A DNA stretch of 64,000 bases from Thermococcus sp. (GCF_015521605.1 NZ_WANV01000017.1:6013-70012), one strand, 5' to 3'; shown: positions 10,488-20,600, counted from the stretch's first letter. Made by a program: numbers and translations. The notes: generated from the sequence alone by a model not told the origin.

Positions 10488-12236
10488 ATGAGGAGAATTC
10501 TCGGGGCAGCGCTCATACTGATGATCATCGGATTATCCCTCCCGGTAGGGAGCGCTAAAATCGAGCCTTACGTTTACAGGCCCACCGTTCCCGAAACTGC
10601 CTTTGCTGTTCTCGCCCTCTACCAGACCGGAGACTATGATAAGGTTCTTGAGGGGTGCGAATGGCTCGTGGCGTTGAAGACGCCCTTCGATTCATGGGGG
10701 ATGGTCTACGGGGAAGAGCACATGGCGAAGTACACCGCGATGGCCATGCTGGCCCTCATGCGCGGTGAAGACATCGCCAGGGGCCGTTACCGCGATGTTC
10801 TCAACGGCGCCGCATACTGGCTGATATACAAGCAGAACCCCGACGGCTCGTGGGAGGACTACACCGGGACGGCGCTTGCAGTCATTGCTCTCAGGGAATT
10901 CCTGAACGGCTACATCAACGAAAACCTCACGGGATTCGAAAAGCAGGTGAGGGAGGCCATAAATCGTGGAGAGGGCTGGCTGATGGGGACCGAGCCAAAG
11001 ACAGATGCAGAGAGGATATTCGGCTACCTGGCCCTTGGAAAAAAGGATGAACTTGAAAAGATGGGCGTCGAGGGTGAACTGGAAGCCTACCGCGCCTTTG
11101 CCCTTGCATATCTGGGGGAGAAGGTTGAGCTCAGCGGCGATTTTGAATCCACCGTGGCCACGGCCATGGCACTCTACGCGACGGGAGAGGAGAAGTACCG
11201 CAAGGAACTGATTGAAAAGGAGCACTTCGGGTTCTGGGGCGTTCTCCGCTACCGCGTTCTCGACCTGCTGAGCGTCTCCAAGGTCGGGAGCTTCGAAGGC
11301 CTGAGGGACGTCGCGTGCCCGTACCTCGGGAAGATAACCCCTGGGGACGACTGGGAACGGGTAATACTGGCCGATTACTACCTGCTCTGCAACATGACCC
11401 CAGAGCTCCCCTCCAGCTATTCCGGGCTGTTTCCGTGGCAGGTCGCCGAAATCGCCCGAGTGAAAGCCCTCCTCGGGGAAGACTACTCGGACGAGGTGGA
11501 CTATCTACTAAGCACCGCCAGGAACGGCGTCTGGAAGGACTTCTACAACACCGAGTACGTGGTGTGGGTGCTCAGGGAACTGAACGTCAGCCATGACTAC
11601 GGCGCCTCTCTCAGCTACCTCTCAAACAACCTCACCTGGATGCTCAAAACGAAGGACCCAAAAACTGGAAACCCCGTTTACTACACCATCCCAACGTACT
11701 ACTTCGCCTATGCCATCATAGTCTTCAGCGAGTTTGGAATGGAAAAGGAGCTCAACGAAACCCTGAACCTGCTCGCGGAAAGGCAGTATCCCAACGGCGC
11801 GTTTCCATACACCCAGGGCTCGGTGGCGGGCATAACATCGACGGCGAAGGCAGTGTGGGCACTCCAGGAGGCCGGACTTACTGACACAGAGCTTTACGAG
11901 AAAGGCGTTTCCTTCCTCAGGAACCTCCTCTACGCCAATATACCGGAGCTTGAAGTGAAAGACGGAACCGTCAGGCTGACCAACGCCACCTTCCTGCTCG
12001 TGAGGGATTCCAGATACATAGGCAACAGCACGGGGAGCGTTGAAACCAGCGGCCTCGACGGCTACGTGGTTGTCTATCCCTCAAAGAACCCTCTGTCGAT
12101 AGGGGCCTACGAAGTCCGGGGATTCACAGCGGTAAAATCCGGGGAAAATGAGGAGGGGACAGCATACGTCTACATCGGAATCGGAGCCCTGCTGGTAGCC
12201 CTCACGGTCGTCATCGTGTGGAGATCACGGAAGTGA
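10488..12236 (+). CDS. Exported alpha/alpha-toroid repeat protein (prenyltransferase/terpene-cyclase-like repeats) with C-terminal membrane anchor
   Basis: Signal peptide MRRILGAALILMIIGLSLPVGSA, taking the ATG 9 nt inside the ORF-track GTG. Motifs QNPDGSWEDY and QYPNGAFPY. C-terminal TM helix plus an RSRK tail. Starts 43 nt after the protease gene. Confidence 0.55.
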   Translation: MRRILGAALILMIIGLSLPVGSAKIEPYVYRPTVPETAFAVLALYQTGDYDKVLEGCEWLVALKTPFDSWGMVYGEEHMAKYTAMAMLALMRGEDIARGRYRDVLNGAAYWLIYKQNPDGSWEDYTGTALAVIALREFLNGYINENLTGFEKQVREAINRGEGWLMGTEPKTDAERIFGYLALGKKDELEKMGVEGELEAYRAFALAYLGEKVELSGDFESTVATAMALYATGEEKYRKELIEKEHFGFWGVLRYRVLDLLSVSKVGSFEGLRDVACPYLGKITPGDDWERVILADYYLLCNMTPELPSSYSGLFPWQVAEIARVKALLGEDYSDEVDYLLSTARNGVWKDFYNTEYVVWVLRELNVSHDYGASLSYLSNNLTWMLKTKDPKTGNPVYYTIPTYYFAYAIIVFSEFGMEKELNETLNLLAERQYPNGAFPYTQGSVAGITSTAKAVWALQEAGLTDTELYEKGVSFLRNLLYANIPELEVKDGTVRLTNATFLLVRDSRYIGNSTGSVETSGLDGYVVVYPSKNPLSIGAYEVRGFTAVKSGENEEGTAYVYIGIGALLVALTVVIVWRSRK

Positions 12237-12898
12237 GCTTCGTTTTTTCATCTTTTCAACCCTTGATGCTACGAACTCCCTCAAAAACTCCCCCCGGAAC
12301 CCCATTTTTCTCCCCGCTAAGTACGAACGGTAGATTTTAACCGCTTCCTCGTCCCCAAGCTCTTCGAGCTTCCTCAAAACGTCCTCCTTTCTGAGGCTTG
12401 AGCCGTTGAGAAAGGCCATCAGCCTGGCGGTTTCACCGGCCAGGATGTGGAGCATCTTCGGATTTTCGGAGAAGCGCTCAAGGTTCTTCAGAATTCCCTC
12501 CAGCCTTCCGGGGAGTACTTCCTCGACCCGGTATTTGGGCAGGAGTCCAGTTATCCCCTCGCCAGTGACCACGATGTGGTTCTCCCTGAAGTCTCGCTGA
12601 TAGATTGTCAGGAACTTGTAGGGGTAGCCGAGGTTGAGAGGGTCGCGGAGGTTGGAGAGCCACTCCCACGCTATGTCGACCTCAACGGGTTTGAGGTGTT
12701 CGGTGCACTCATCTAGAACAGGCCTTATTTTTGAAAGCACATCCTCCGGTTGACACCGTCTTCAATGATAGCAAAGAAATCGACATCGCTCGTTCCGGGC
12801 AGGTAATCTCCCCTGGCGAGAGAGCCGTAGAGAATTAGAGAATAAAGGCCGGGAACCCGGCCGAGGTTTCGCCTGATGCAGTCGATGACCTCAATCAT
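12225..12898 (-). pseudogene. Nucleotidyltransferase-domain gene interrupted by a 1-nt frameshift
   Basis: A 57-aa ORF (12898-12725) carries GSLARGDYLPGTSDVDFF (GS..DxD). The rest (12740-12225), including the third acidic motif VEVDIAW, continues in another frame. The frames join if one A is added to the A5 run (T5 on the + strand at 12728-12732). Confidence 0.55.
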
Positions 12899-13950
12899 GT
12901 GGTCGATGCCTCTTCGTCGTTGTAGAGCTCGTCGCCTATCTCTATCTTCTCCTCGAAGCCCTTCGAGCCTTCGAGCGTCTGAATCCTGAACATGTAGCTC
13001 TTGTACCAGTTGTACGACGGCTTGACCTTGACCGGGAGGAGCTTCCAGGCCCTCGTCTCCTCCTCGTAGCCCCAGTTCACGTACTCGTTGAAGTTCCTGA
13101 TGATGTCGGTTATAACAACGCCGAACTCGTTGAGGAGCAACCTCTGAATCTCGCGCCACTTGTCGAGCGAGCTCTCGCGCCTCGTTATGCCGAAGTAGCC
13201 GGCGCAGCCGGGACCCTTGAGCGTTGCTATGCCCCTGCCGACGAAGGCCCTTATGGCATCAACAGTCTCGGGCGGGTCGGTGATGAAGGTGTCGAACTTG
13301 TGGAGCGCGTAGTCGGGAAGCGGCTCGCGGAGATCGAAGGTGAACATCTCGATGTCCTCGTATCCGAGCTCGTCGGCGGTCTTCTCGATGAACTTAACGA
13401 GCCTCTCGTCGATGTCGAGGACAGCTATCCTCTTCGGCAGGCCGCTGAGCATCAGCGCTATACTGGTCAGGTCGTCGTCGCCAAGAACGAAGACCTCCTT
13501 GTTCTCAAGGTCTCCGCGGGTGTGCATCAGGGCGATCCTGGCGACGGTCGTCTCGGGGGTAACGTAGGCCTGGTCGAAGTCGTGCTTCGGCTGAGGGCGG
13601 TTCTTGACGATTTCCTTGAACTGCTCAAGGAGGTCGCTGAAAGCCGAAAGCTCAACGGTCTTGCCCTCGCAGTGGGCGCAGGTGTAGTCCTTCCTGGCGC
13701 CTATTCCATACTTCTCCACCAGCTTCCTGCCGCTCTGGGTGAGAACGACGCTCGGGCCGTCAAAAGTCACGTATCCGAGCTCGTGGAGGGCGGCAATAAC
13801 GGCAACCACAAGCGGAAGCGGTTCCTCACTGAGGTCAACTATTCTCCAGACGTCTCCACTCGCCTGTATCGCGCTCAGAACGTTCTCAACGGTTCTCTCG
13901 TAAACGGGGATGCTCGTCTTCTCCCTGACCTTTTCCACTATCTCCCTCAT
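12895..13950 (-). CDS. bpsA: Branched-chain polyamine synthase (N4-bis(aminopropyl)spermidine synthase)
   Basis: 351 aa from ATG 13950, with the ORF-track N-terminal extension trimmed. FITDPPET motif. Same length and colinear with my memory of T. kodakarensis BpsA. Confidence 0.8.
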   Translation of the reverse strand: MREIVEKVREKTSIPVYERTVENVLSAIQASGDVWRIVDLSEEPLPLVVAVIAALHELGYVTFDGPSVVLTQSGRKLVEKYGIGARKDYTCAHCEGKTVELSAFSDLLEQFKEIVKNRPQPKHDFDQAYVTPETTVARIALMHTRGDLENKEVFVLGDDDLTSIALMLSGLPKRIAVLDIDERLVKFIEKTADELGYEDIEMFTFDLREPLPDYALHKFDTFITDPPETVDAIRAFVGRGIATLKGPGCAGYFGITRRESSLDKWREIQRLLLNEFGVVITDIIRNFNEYVNWGYEEETRAWKLLPVKVKPSYNWYKSYMFRIQTLEGSKGFEEKIEIGDELYNDEEASTT

Positions 13951-14059
13951 CGCAAGCACCTCCAGAAGCATTTTTTGTTCGCGGACGGGGTTAAGGTGGG
14001 CCTCTTTTAAGGTTTTCCCAGCGGCAAGTTTAATAAACCATTCCCCGATTGGGTGTTCG

Positions 14060-14800
14060 ATGATAGGCTCCGTGGGAGATGACTTCGTCAAAAGGTACCG
14101 GCTCGAATACAACCTGGACGCCCTTGAAAGGGTTAGGGAAGAAATCGGCGAAGAAGCCTACTCCCGCCTGAAAGCCTTGATAGAGTACCGCCTTTACGGG
14201 AAGGAGTTTGACCGCTCACCCATCGACGTGAGGGTAGCCCTCGCCTTTTCTGCAGGTTCCGACAGCACGGCGTCCCTCAGAATCCTGCGCTGGGCAGGCT
14301 TCCACGTCGTCCCCGTGATGGCAAAGCTCCCACAGATGAGGGAACCGGTTCTCCTCAACGCCATGACGCAGGGTGCGGTTTTCGTCGAGATACCGGAGTA
14401 CATGGACGAGATGAAGGAGCAGATAAGGAAGGGAGCACCCGTCTGCGGCCGCTGTCATACGATGGTAATGCATGCCATCGAGGACTATGCCAGAGAGAAC
14501 GGGATAAAGATTGTAGCGAGCGGTGACCTGCTGAGCTCTGGCCTCATATCGATATACAAAAAGGACGACCTCGTGATGCTCAACTTTCCGGCGTTTCTCG
14601 CCCTCGACAAGGGCGAGGCGATAGCGACCCTCGGGAGAAAGTACGCCCTGGGCTTCGGCTGCACCCTGTGGAAGTCCGCGGCGAAGAGCTCACCGGTTCT
14701 GAAGAGATACGGCATCCAGAGGGTTCTGAGGGAGCTGAGGGCAAGGGCACTCACTCCAGAGATGGCGGAGAGGCTGATATTCGACATCCTATCCCAGTAA
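14060..14800 (+). CDS. PP-loop superfamily ATPase
   Basis: 246 aa from the in-frame ATG 14060. PP-loop variant SAGSDS and a CGRCH motif. The upstream part of the 296-aa ORF overlaps bpsA antisense and is low-complexity. Confidence 0.6.
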   Translation: MIGSVGDDFVKRYRLEYNLDALERVREEIGEEAYSRLKALIEYRLYGKEFDRSPIDVRVALAFSAGSDSTASLRILRWAGFHVVPVMAKLPQMREPVLLNAMTQGAVFVEIPEYMDEMKEQIRKGAPVCGRCHTMVMHAIEDYARENGIKIVASGDLLSSGLISIYKKDDLVMLNFPAFLALDKGEAIATLGRKYALGFGCTLWKSAAKSSPVLKRYGIQRVLRELRARALTPEMAERLIFDILSQ

Positions 14801-14862
14801 TTACTCATTTCTGACCCAAAAGGTTTAAATGTGTCTCTCTGAACTTCACCCAGGTGGTGAAT

Positions 14863-15393
14863 ATGGTAACAAAAGAGGAAGTTGAGAGTATCATCAGGGG
14901 AATAGTCGATGAGAAGTTCGTAAAATCCATCGAGGTTGATGAAAAGGGCAATGTGACGGTCACCCTGTCAAAGGACACGCCGGACATTGACGGGGTGCTC
15001 ATAAAGCTTAACACGGAGCTCGGAAAGATCGAAGGAGTCGGAACCATAACGATAAACCGTGAGAGGGAAAAGAAGGCCGAAGAAAACGTCGAGCTGAGCA
15101 AGGACATGATACTGGAAAAGCTCAAGGAGGTCATAGACCCCGAGATAGGAGTTGACGTCGTCAACCTCGGTCTTATCTACGAGCTTGAGATAAGACCCGA
15201 CAACACCGTCTACGTCAAGATGACAATGACCACCCCCGGCTGTCCGCTCACCATGTGGATTCTCCGCGCCGTTGAAGACAAGATACTTGAAGTCCCGGGC
15301 GTCAAGGACGCCGAAATCGAGCTTACCTTCGACCCGCCCTGGAATCCCGAGATGATAAGCGAGGAGTACAAAAAGAGGCTGGGGCTTTTCTGA
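14863..15393 (+). CDS. DUF59/MIP18-family Fe-S cluster assembly protein with N-terminal extension
   Basis: C-terminal domain with MTMTTPGCPL and the DPEIGVDVVNLGLIY pattern. ATG follows AGGTGG. Confidence 0.65.
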   Translation: MVTKEEVESIIRGIVDEKFVKSIEVDEKGNVTVTLSKDTPDIDGVLIKLNTELGKIEGVGTITINREREKKAEENVELSKDMILEKLKEVIDPEIGVDVVNLGLIYELEIRPDNTVYVKMTMTTPGCPLTMWILRAVEDKILEVPGVKDAEIELTFDPPWNPEMISEEYKKRLGLF

Positions 15394-15484
15394 CCCATCT
15401 TGTCGACTTTTGTTCATCAAAGAGCCTGTTTCCTCTTTTTTCCACGAATCTTCGCCATCCGACGTCCATTTTTCCGACGAAAAG

Positions 15485-15492
15485 TTTATATT
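15485..15492 (+). promoter_or_regulatory. TATA box (TTTATATT) for the ferredoxin gene
   Basis: Preceded by purine-rich GAAAAG, 33 nt upstream of the ATG. Confidence 0.45.
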
Positions 15493-15518
15493 CCTCGGAG
15501 TTCATCTAACTCCGGTGA

Positions 15519-15728
<210 letters not shown>

Positions 15729-15850
15729 AGCCTCTTCTTTTTCCTTCTCATTGAAGGTGTGCGTTTCTAAAGTGTTCGTGTTATCCCTGCAGGCTGCGCT
15801 GACTTCGCCTTTTGCCGCCTTGAGGAGAAAAGGAGAACCCAAGAGGGAGA

Positions 15851-17023
15851 TCAATCGAGCGTCAGGTTAAACTTCTTCGCCTGCTCCAGCACGTACTCCC
15901 GTATCTCCCGCGCCTTGGGAAGTTCAGCGACGATTTCGCCGTTCTCGATAAGCGGCCTGAGGAGGGGTTCGACCTTCGCCCCGCAGACCGGACAGCGTTC
16001 GAGCTTTTTGTCGGCCGGAACGCGGTGGTAGTGGCCGTTCTCACAGCGGTATATCTGCTTCCTCCCGCTGAGCTTTCCGCGCTTTGTAACTGGCTTCCCC
16101 TCGATCTCCACTATGTCGAGCGAGAAGTCAACCGGCTTGGCGCTCGCTATTGAGCCACCAACGCCGAAGGCATCGGCAACGTCCGCGAGCTCCCCGAGGC
16201 TTTCCTCGTCCAGACCTCCGCTGACGAAGATTTTAACGTTCTCGTGGCCCCTCAGGTCGAGCTCCCAGCGAACCTCCTCGATTATCCTCCTGAAGTTGCC
16301 CCTCCTGGAGCTCGGGGTATCGAGCCTAACCGCCGTCAGCCTCTCGCCGAGGGCCTCGGCCGCCATCAACGCCTCGAACTTTTCATCGCAGAGTGTATCG
16401 ACCAGAGCGGTTCTGGGAACCTCCGGTTCAACGACCTCGTCGAAGTACTTCCAGGCCTTCACCTGGTCGCCAACGACGAGGATGAGAGCGTGGGGCATCG
16501 TACCGACGGGCTTCTCCCCCATCATCTCCGCCCCGAGGACGCCGCTGACACCGTCGCAGCCGCCTATGAACGCCGAGCGGTCTATCATCGGGGCTATCGC
16601 CGGGTGCATGTGCCTTATCCCGAAGGAATAGACGGGCTTGAACTTGGCCGCTATCTTTGTCCTGAGTGCGGCAGTGGCTATGCCACTCGCCTGGCTGAGC
16701 ATTCCGAGCAGAGCCGTCTCGTAGATCCCGAACTCCTCATAAAACCCCTCTATCTGGAGGACAGGCTCGTAGGGGTGGAAGATTGTGCCTTCAGGCATGG
16801 CGTAGACGTTCACCGGAAGGCCTTCGAGGAGCTTGGCCACCTCTTCTATCCCAGCCAAGACTCCCCACTTCCAGCCCTTTGGAAGGCTGGTGGTGGTGAC
16901 GTCGACGAAAACCCTCCTGTGAATGCCCTTCTCCACGAGTATCTTCTTCGTCCTGATGAAGTAAACGTCAGTCGTCCTTCCGGCTTTGATATCGTCCTCG
17001 TGGGCTATGTAGAAGTCCTTCAT
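15851..17023 (-). CDS. pncB: Nicotinate phosphoribosyltransferase (archaeal type) with C-terminal zinc ribbon
   Basis: 390 aa. TDVYF and GTMPHAL motifs, and a C-terminal CENGH..CPVCG. Confidence 0.8.
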   Translation of the reverse strand: MKDFYIAHEDDIKAGRTTDVYFIRTKKILVEKGIHRRVFVDVTTTSLPKGWKWGVLAGIEEVAKLLEGLPVNVYAMPEGTIFHPYEPVLQIEGFYEEFGIYETALLGMLSQASGIATAALRTKIAAKFKPVYSFGIRHMHPAIAPMIDRSAFIGGCDGVSGVLGAEMMGEKPVGTMPHALILVVGDQVKAWKYFDEVVEPEVPRTALVDTLCDEKFEALMAAEALGERLTAVRLDTPSSRRGNFRRIIEEVRWELDLRGHENVKIFVSGGLDEESLGELADVADAFGVGGSIASAKPVDFSLDIVEIEGKPVTKRGKLSGRKQIYRCENGHYHRVPADKKLERCPVCGAKVEPLLRPLIENGEIVAELPKAREIREYVLEQAKKFNLTLD

Positions 17024-17115
17024 TTCTCCTCACCTGATGGGAAGTTCTCGCCATCCGATTTAAGGCTTTCCTGGAAAGGGTTATAAGGTTGAAAACCGAC
17101 CAGTCGGTAGGTGAA

Positions 17116-17601
17116 ATGATGAAAGTCTGCATCGTCTATGAGTCCCGGAGGGGTTCCACGGAGAAGGTAGCAAGGGAGATGGCCAAAGCCGTCAGTGAGA
17201 GGGCAGAGGTCAGAGTCCTCAGAGCCTCTGACAATCCCGATGTTGAGGAGTGCGACCTTGTAATCGTCGGGACACCCATCTACTACGAGCGTCCCCTTCC
17301 GGAAGTCAAAGAATTCCTGCTCTCAAAGAAGGGTCTGGAGGGAAAGCCTGTAGCCGTTTTCATCCTCTGCATAGCGGACAGATTTGGGAAGCTCGGGAAA
17401 AGGTACACCGAAAGGCGGTACCTGAGGATGATTACGGAGAACATCAAGGGCAGGATAATAGCTATCAAGGTTCTCGACGGCTGGATACTCGATGAAAATC
17501 CGAAGACAGTGGCGGAGGCACGGAATTGGATAAAGCGGGTTCTAGATGCCTTTGAAGCGGGAAGGGAGCTTGGAATAGAGCATCCGGAGGGTGAACGATG
17601 A
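17116..17601 (+). CDS. Flavodoxin-like protein
   Basis: MKVCIVYESRRGSTEKVAREMA N-terminus and IVGTPIYY motif. ATG 17116 chosen over the upstream TTG. Confidence 0.7.
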   Translation: MMKVCIVYESRRGSTEKVAREMAKAVSERAEVRVLRASDNPDVEECDLVIVGTPIYYERPLPEVKEFLLSKKGLEGKPVAVFILCIADRFGKLGKRYTERRYLRMITENIKGRIIAIKVLDGWILDENPKTVAEARNWIKRVLDAFEAGRELGIEHPEGER

Positions 17602-18146
17602 GAAAACTTGGGACCAAAAAACGAATAATAGAGGCCGCCCTTGAACTGTTCAGTGAGAAGTCCTATCACGACGTTTCTATGGAGGAGATAGCAAGGAAAG
17701 CTGGGATCTCAAAGGGAGGCCTTTTCCACCACTTTCCGAGCAAATATGATCTCGCGAGGGCGGTTCTGTTTACGCTCCTTGACGAATGGCTGGAGAACCT
17801 CAACGGCCGGCTGGAAGGACTTTCGGGCGAAGAGAAGATTAGAACCCTGATCGATGCGGCTTTCGAACTGATAACGGCTAGCCCAAAGCTTTCACGCTTC
17901 TTCCTTGAGCTGTACGAGGAGAGCCTCAAACTCAACAGAACCGGCGACTGGGATGAGTTCTACGAGAGGTACACAGGCTCGGTTTCTGATGTGCTCAGAG
18001 AAGCCGGGGTGGATGAGCCGGAAAAGAAAGCACTTCTCCTTGGAGCGTTGGTTGACGGTTTGGCCCTGCATCACCTTCTATCGGGCGGCAAACTGTTCAA
18101 CGTCGATGAGATGAAGAGGGAGGTTCTGAGGATTATGGGGGTATGA
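17598..18146 (+). CDS. TetR/AcrR-family transcriptional regulator
   Basis: N-terminal HTH SMEEIARKAGISKGGLFHHFPSK. 4-nt overlap with the flavodoxin gene. Confidence 0.8.
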   Translation: MRKLGTKKRIIEAALELFSEKSYHDVSMEEIARKAGISKGGLFHHFPSKYDLARAVLFTLLDEWLENLNGRLEGLSGEEKIRTLIDAAFELITASPKLSRFFLELYEESLKLNRTGDWDEFYERYTGSVSDVLREAGVDEPEKKALLLGALVDGLALHHLLSGGKLFNVDEMKREVLRIMGV

Positions 18147-18149
18147 GCT

Positions 18150-18941
18150 ATGGAGAAATCGCTGGGTGAGCTCCTCTCCCTGAGGGGAAGGCGTGCCTTG
18201 ATTACCGGCGCGGCTTCGGGAATAGGCCGCGCGGCGGCGTTGAGGTTTGCCGAGGCGGGGGCAGACCTGGAGCTCGTGGACATAGACGAGTTTGGCCTGA
18301 GAGAGACAGAGACGCTCGTCGAAGAGTTCGGGATAGAGGCCAACCTTCACCGGGTCGATCTCTCGCGGAAGGTCGAGATAGATGCCCTCTGGGAGGCCCT
18401 GAAGGGCAGAGAGCCCGATATACTCGTGAACAACGCCGGCGTCTACTGGTTCAAGGACTTCACTGAGGTCGACGGGAGATTCTACGAAAAAGTCATGGCC
18501 ATCAACCTCCACTCCGTCTTCTGGATGTGTCAGAATTTCGTGAGGGCAAGGAAGGACAAAGGAGGCGTTATAATCAACGTGAGCTCGATAGAGGCGTTCC
18601 TCCCCTTTGCCAGAGGGCTCGCCCACTACGACGCTGCCAAGATGGGCGTGGTTGCCCTGACCAGGGCGATAGCACGGGATTACGGAAAGAAAATCAGGGC
18701 AAACGTCGTAGTGCCCGGAGGCATCGAGACGGAAGGGGTGAAGAAGCTCAAGAAGGAGGCTATAATGAAGCTCGACATGGAGAAGATAAGCATCTCATTC
18801 AACTTCAACGCGCGCCTTCCGATGGGCCGCTTTGGGGAGCCTGACGAGGTCGCGAGGGTGATGCTTTTCCTTGCCAGCGACATGGCCAGCTACGTTAATG
18901 GGGCGGTAATCCCCGTGGACGGAGGTTTTCTCTCCACATGA
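18150..18941 (+). CDS. Short-chain dehydrogenase/reductase (SDR)
   Basis: TGAASGIGRA cofactor motif and YDAAK catalytic motif. Confidence 0.85.
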   Translation: MEKSLGELLSLRGRRALITGAASGIGRAAALRFAEAGADLELVDIDEFGLRETETLVEEFGIEANLHRVDLSRKVEIDALWEALKGREPDILVNNAGVYWFKDFTEVDGRFYEKVMAINLHSVFWMCQNFVRARKDKGGVIINVSSIEAFLPFARGLAHYDAAKMGVVALTRAIARDYGKKIRANVVVPGGIETEGVKKLKKEAIMKLDMEKISISFNFNARLPMGRFGEPDEVARVMLFLASDMASYVNGAVIPVDGGFLST

Positions 18942-19702
18942 CCCAGTTAGAGCATTGTACCAGTACATTATTAACGCACGTTTCCAAATTTTCTCCGGTG
19001 GGGCGAATGCGCAGAGATGTTGATATCGGTGAGATAATCCCCGGTGGGGTTCTTCTGGTCTCCTACGGCCAGTACAGCATGGGATGGAAAATCGGTGTGG
19101 AGTACCTCAAGCAAGAGATAGAAAAGGGGGCTTTTGGCATCGTTCTAAATGCCACGGTTCCTGTGAGGAAGCTCTTTGAGAGGGCGAAGTCCGTTGGATT
19201 CGATATACTCAATGCCGGAAAAAACGGACGGCTGGCCGTCATCGATATGTTCAACGAGCAGACTGGACTTGACTTCGTGTACTCAATCGAGACCGTGGAC
19301 AGAACCCTTATAATACCCCGAATCGAGAAGGTAATGGATGAGATATGCGAGAAATACAGCCTGCAGGACAGAACCGTCATCGGGGCAATAGCAACACTCG
19401 ACGGCCTTTATGAGCTGTTCGGGGGAAAGTTTCTGAAGAGCATGATGCTCCAGTACCTGATCCGGTCAGAAAGGCTCCTGAAGGAGGGCTACGACCACTG
19501 GGCAATTCTCATAGTCAACAGGGACACCATACCTAAAGAGCTTCACTCATGGATAATCAGTGTCAGCGACTACGTGATTCTGACCGAGGGCATAATGGAC
19601 AGAACGAGCTTGATAGAAAACACGGTTCTTCTGAAGAGCCTAGCCCCGGGGTTTTCTCAGAGAATGTTCCAGACGACAGTACCGGCCGAAAGGCTGAGGT
19701 AA
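18938..19702 (+). CDS. Degenerate RecA/KaiC-like domain protein (no Walker A)
   Basis: IGEIIPGGVLLVSYGQYSMGWKIG resembles the KaiC/RadA-like N-terminus but lacks GxxGxGKT. ATGA overlap with the SDR stop. Alternative start at 19007. Confidence 0.35.
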   Translation: MTQLEHCTSTLLTHVSKFSPVGRMRRDVDIGEIIPGGVLLVSYGQYSMGWKIGVEYLKQEIEKGAFGIVLNATVPVRKLFERAKSVGFDILNAGKNGRLAVIDMFNEQTGLDFVYSIETVDRTLIIPRIEKVMDEICEKYSLQDRTVIGAIATLDGLYELFGGKFLKSMMLQYLIRSERLLKEGYDHWAILIVNRDTIPKELHSWIISVSDYVILTEGIMDRTSLIENTVLLKSLAPGFSQRMFQTTVPAERLR

Positions 19703-19703
19703 C

Positions 19704-20600
19704 TCATGGTTTAAAGGGAATCTCCACCTCCTCACCCCTTTCTTTTTTATGGAGCTCCCTCCGGTAGGCCTCAAGAGGTTTATCTTCAACTTTCAAGTAG
19801 CCCGCAAAGGTTTTAGGCCTCGTCTCCAGCTCATCGAAGAACTCGGGGTAGCGCTTGTCCCTGACTATGTGATGGTCGAGTATTACTTCTGCCCCAGTCT
19901 CCCGGATTATCTTGTTGAGGTTTTTAACGCCCGTCTCCCAGCTCCCCTCGGCGCGCTTTCCGAGGTACGTCGGCGGCCCCCCGGTTATGAGCAAATCTGG
20001 AACCTTCTCGATTATCCACTCAACGGCTTTTCTGTTGAGGAGCTGGATGTCGCTGGCGTGGATTAAGCGGAAGCCATCGTCGATGAGCGTCATCACCACA
20101 AAGCCGAGCTTCGAGCCCTCGCTGCCGTGTGGAACCGGCGGGGAGAACTCCAGAGTAACTCCACCGAGGTCAAAGGCTCTTCCATCGGCAAACTCTATCT
20201 TCTTTGCAATCGGCTCGGCGTTCTTCATGAATGCCCAGGCGCGCTTCCTCTGGCTGAAGTTAATGTTCTCCCGGGGGTGTTTGATGAAGAGGAGCTTACC
20301 TTCGTAGATTTCCCTCGCGTATTCCTCACTGGAGCTTTCATAGAGGCCCTCAAAGAAAGGGGTGTGGTGGTCGTAGTGGTAGTGGGAGATGGTGATCACG
20401 TCCGCTCTCCGGGCGTAGCCCTGGAGCTTCCTCCTCATCCGGTGGAGCGTCTCTATCTCAACCTTTGAGGGCGGAAGGCCGTAGCGCTTCGGCCCAAGGG
20501 CTACGCCCGGGTCTATGAGGATCTTTACTCCCCCCGATTCCACGAAGGTCGCTAAACTCCTTACGCCGAGGCTCTCGGAGGCAAGGGGGATGACGCGCAT
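19704..20600 (-). CDS. MBL-fold metallo-hydrolase
   Basis: 298 aa with an HYHYDHH (HxHxDH) motif. Confidence 0.75.
   Translation of the reverse strand: MRVIPLASESLGVRSLATFVESGGVKILIDPGVALGPKRYGLPPSKVEIETLHRMRRKLQGYARRADVITISHYHYDHHTPFFEGLYESSSEEYAREIYEGKLLFIKHPRENINFSQRKRAWAFMKNAEPIAKKIEFADGRAFDLGGVTLEFSPPVPHGSEGSKLGFVVMTLIDDGFRLIHASDIQLLNRKAVEWIIEKVPDLLITGGPPTYLGKRAEGSWETGVKNLNKIIRETGAEVILDHHIVRDKRYPEFFDELETRPKTFAGYLKVEDKPLEAYRRELHKKERGEEVEIPFKP

Noticed and set aside
12225-12740. 171-aa ORF considered as a HEPN partner of a minimal nucleotidyltransferase (MNT/HEPN toxin-antitoxin)
   Set aside because: It has no Rx4-6H motif. It carries the third acidic NTase motif and joins the upstream ORF by a single-base shift, so one broken gene is the simpler reading.
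13300-14010. 236-aa + strand ORF
   Set aside because: It is antisense to bpsA. It is a shadow ORF.
16244-17086. 280-aa + strand ORF
   Set aside because: It is antisense to the nicotinate phosphoribosyltransferase gene.
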